A stretch of 55,116 nt of DNA, filler included, from Bipalium vagum (Eukaryota): NCBI GenBank assembly GCA_037834085.1. It is 3 parts of 3 records of this genome, joined end to end, with 100 filler letters (N's around TTAATTAATTAA, not from the genome) between each part and the next. Parts side by side here need not be neighbours in the genome. Positions count along the whole stretch, not along the records: positions 36,735 to 55,116 come from JBBMKC010030742.1; 2 more parts are not named here. One strand, written 5' to 3'. The translations under genes and the position numbers were made by a program. Below are positions 53,450 through 55,116 of the stretch, one piece after another (within the stretch, counting starts at the first letter, position 1; every line of letters starts with the position of its first letter). The notes below the pieces were generated by a model. The model did no database searches and was not told the DNA's origin. It worked only from the letters and a program-made list of their open reading frames with translations.

Positions 53450-55116
53450 GTAATTTTCAGTTAATTGTTCGGGATCGAGATTAATTTTTGGAATTTGAGC
53501 TAACATTTAATTTAATGTATAATTAAAGAAACTTATTTCATTTTGCTCAGAAATTCTTTTCTCTGTCTGAGTTAAATTTGCAATTAAAAACGAAGCCATT
53601 TAAAAAAAACGGAATATTACAGTGATAAACGATCTCATTTTTTATATTTCCTTTTCTTGCTGGAGTCAATTTGTGAGCTTTATACTTTTCTTGCGTTTAC
53701 ATCTCGGGAAATAAATAACTCTTGCACATACTTCTAAGATGGACATTTTCTCGGTTTGACAACAGTAACTTAAGCACCACGTCCCACGATTGATATTCAC
53801 TTTATTTTTTAAAATAAATAATTTTAAAAAAATCACTCTATAAATAAAAAATGCGATTTTTTTAATGTTTACAAAGTAATAAATGGATAAAAGTATTAGA
53901 AAACGGTAAAAAAATGTGGAGTGGTCATAAAATCCTTTATTTATACAAAAAAGTTTTTCAAAAATCTGTTGACCTCAAACCTAAATTATAAATCATAAAA
54001 TACATTAGACAAGTAATTGAATTCGCAAAACATTTTATAATTTTTTCCTCCTTTGAAAAAAAAGTCTTTTATTATATATATTTTCTTCGAAATTGATTTT
54101 AAGTAATTCTTTAAATCTATTCACTTGAAAAATTAAAAAATCTCAGAATTCTTTGAATGATGATGAGCTTCTGCTTAACTGGGTAAAATGTTTTGTTTCA
54201 ATTTGAAGTATAAATAAATAATTTTACGTCTTAACAAAAACTATGTAAACTATAAGTAAAACTATGTTCTTAACTTCTGAAAATTAGTTTTAAAATTATA
54301 TTCGAATTAAAATATACTCTTAACATTAAAAGTAACATTAAAAATTAAATTAATGAAATTGTTAAAATATGATAATTAATTAATTAATTGTTTTATTTTT
54401 ATTTCTAGTTTAGCACAACCATAAATGAAAAACATAATAATTTTTTAAAATTTTGTTTATAATTAAATTTTATTTTTCAAATTCCATTATAAAAAATGAC
54501 ATTTATTGATTTAATGAAAATTAGAACACAACCTTTTGATATTTCATTTTAATTAATTTACTTAATTAATTTAAATTAACACGATTTAAAAATATGTTAT
54601 TATTTAATTAAATTATAAATGAAGTGAAATTTTTATTAAATTTGCATTTCACAATGATTCTCACTTCCACAAACGAAAATAAAATTAATTGATTTTCACT
54701 ATTTCAATATTTGAAAGTCTCTTAAAAATAGGAAATTTTTTAAATTATGAAATTGATGTTACGCTATTAAAGATATTTTACATGATTTATGTTAAAAAAA
54801 ATTACTTTATTGCGGTCAAAACGGTTTCCGTTTATTTAAAGGATTTTAAATATTAATAATTTGTTTAAATACACTCGAATTTAATGTGACAAAAATAATT
54901 TCTGAATTCAAAAAGATTTTTATTATTTTTTTTATATTTAAAACCTATTAACTGATATTTGTGGTAAGGTCTCCCTTTTGCAAGTCAACAAGTCAACTAA
55001 CAAATGTTAATCATGAAATTGTAAGTGTTTGGTTCGACCCGAGATCTAATCTCGAAAATATAAAAATGCTAACACTATTAATATAGGTTAGAACTGGGCT
55101 CACCAACTACGTCAAA

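Noticed and set aside
54961-55045. A-box/B-box-like words (gtggtaagg ... ggttcgaccc) suggesting a tRNA or SINE
   Set aside because: No cloverleaf could be folded, spacing is atypical, and it occurs once.
1-55116. Prokaryotic-type systems (CRISPR, operons, defence islands) or a RasGAP-PITP-channel functional cluster
   Set aside because: The sequence is intron-containing eukaryotic DNA with no repeat-spacer array, and the three genes lie on separate contigs.

Overview
This is very AT-rich eukaryotic (animal) genomic DNA with many 45-60 bp GT-AG introns. The style suggests a planarian flatworm, which is inference only. The window is three contigs joined by two artificial 100-nt spacers (N44-TTAATTAATTAA-N44 at 20225-20324 and 36635-36734), so adjacency across the spacers is unproven. 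Contig 1 carries a 13-exon minus-strand RasGAP of the SynGAP/DAB2IP/RASAL2 type (partial PH-C2-GAP). Contig 2 carries a complete 7-exon class I phosphatidylinositol transfer protein gene. Head-to-head with it, 272 bp away, is a spliced gene missed by the ORF track whose product looks like a highly divergent galectin-fold protein without the sugar-binding residues; this is the best novelty candidate. Contig 3 has one 138-bp exon of a GABA-A/glycine-type Cys-loop channel. The rest is mostly about 20 decayed IS630-Tc1-mariner (ITm) and pogo DNA transposons, none intact. They include several mariner lineages, Tc1, DD37D-like, ITmD37E-like, a DD39D-like element, an IS630-like element with long subrepeat terminal inverted repeats (TIRs), and Tigger. 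All gene models were built by eye, without database searches.
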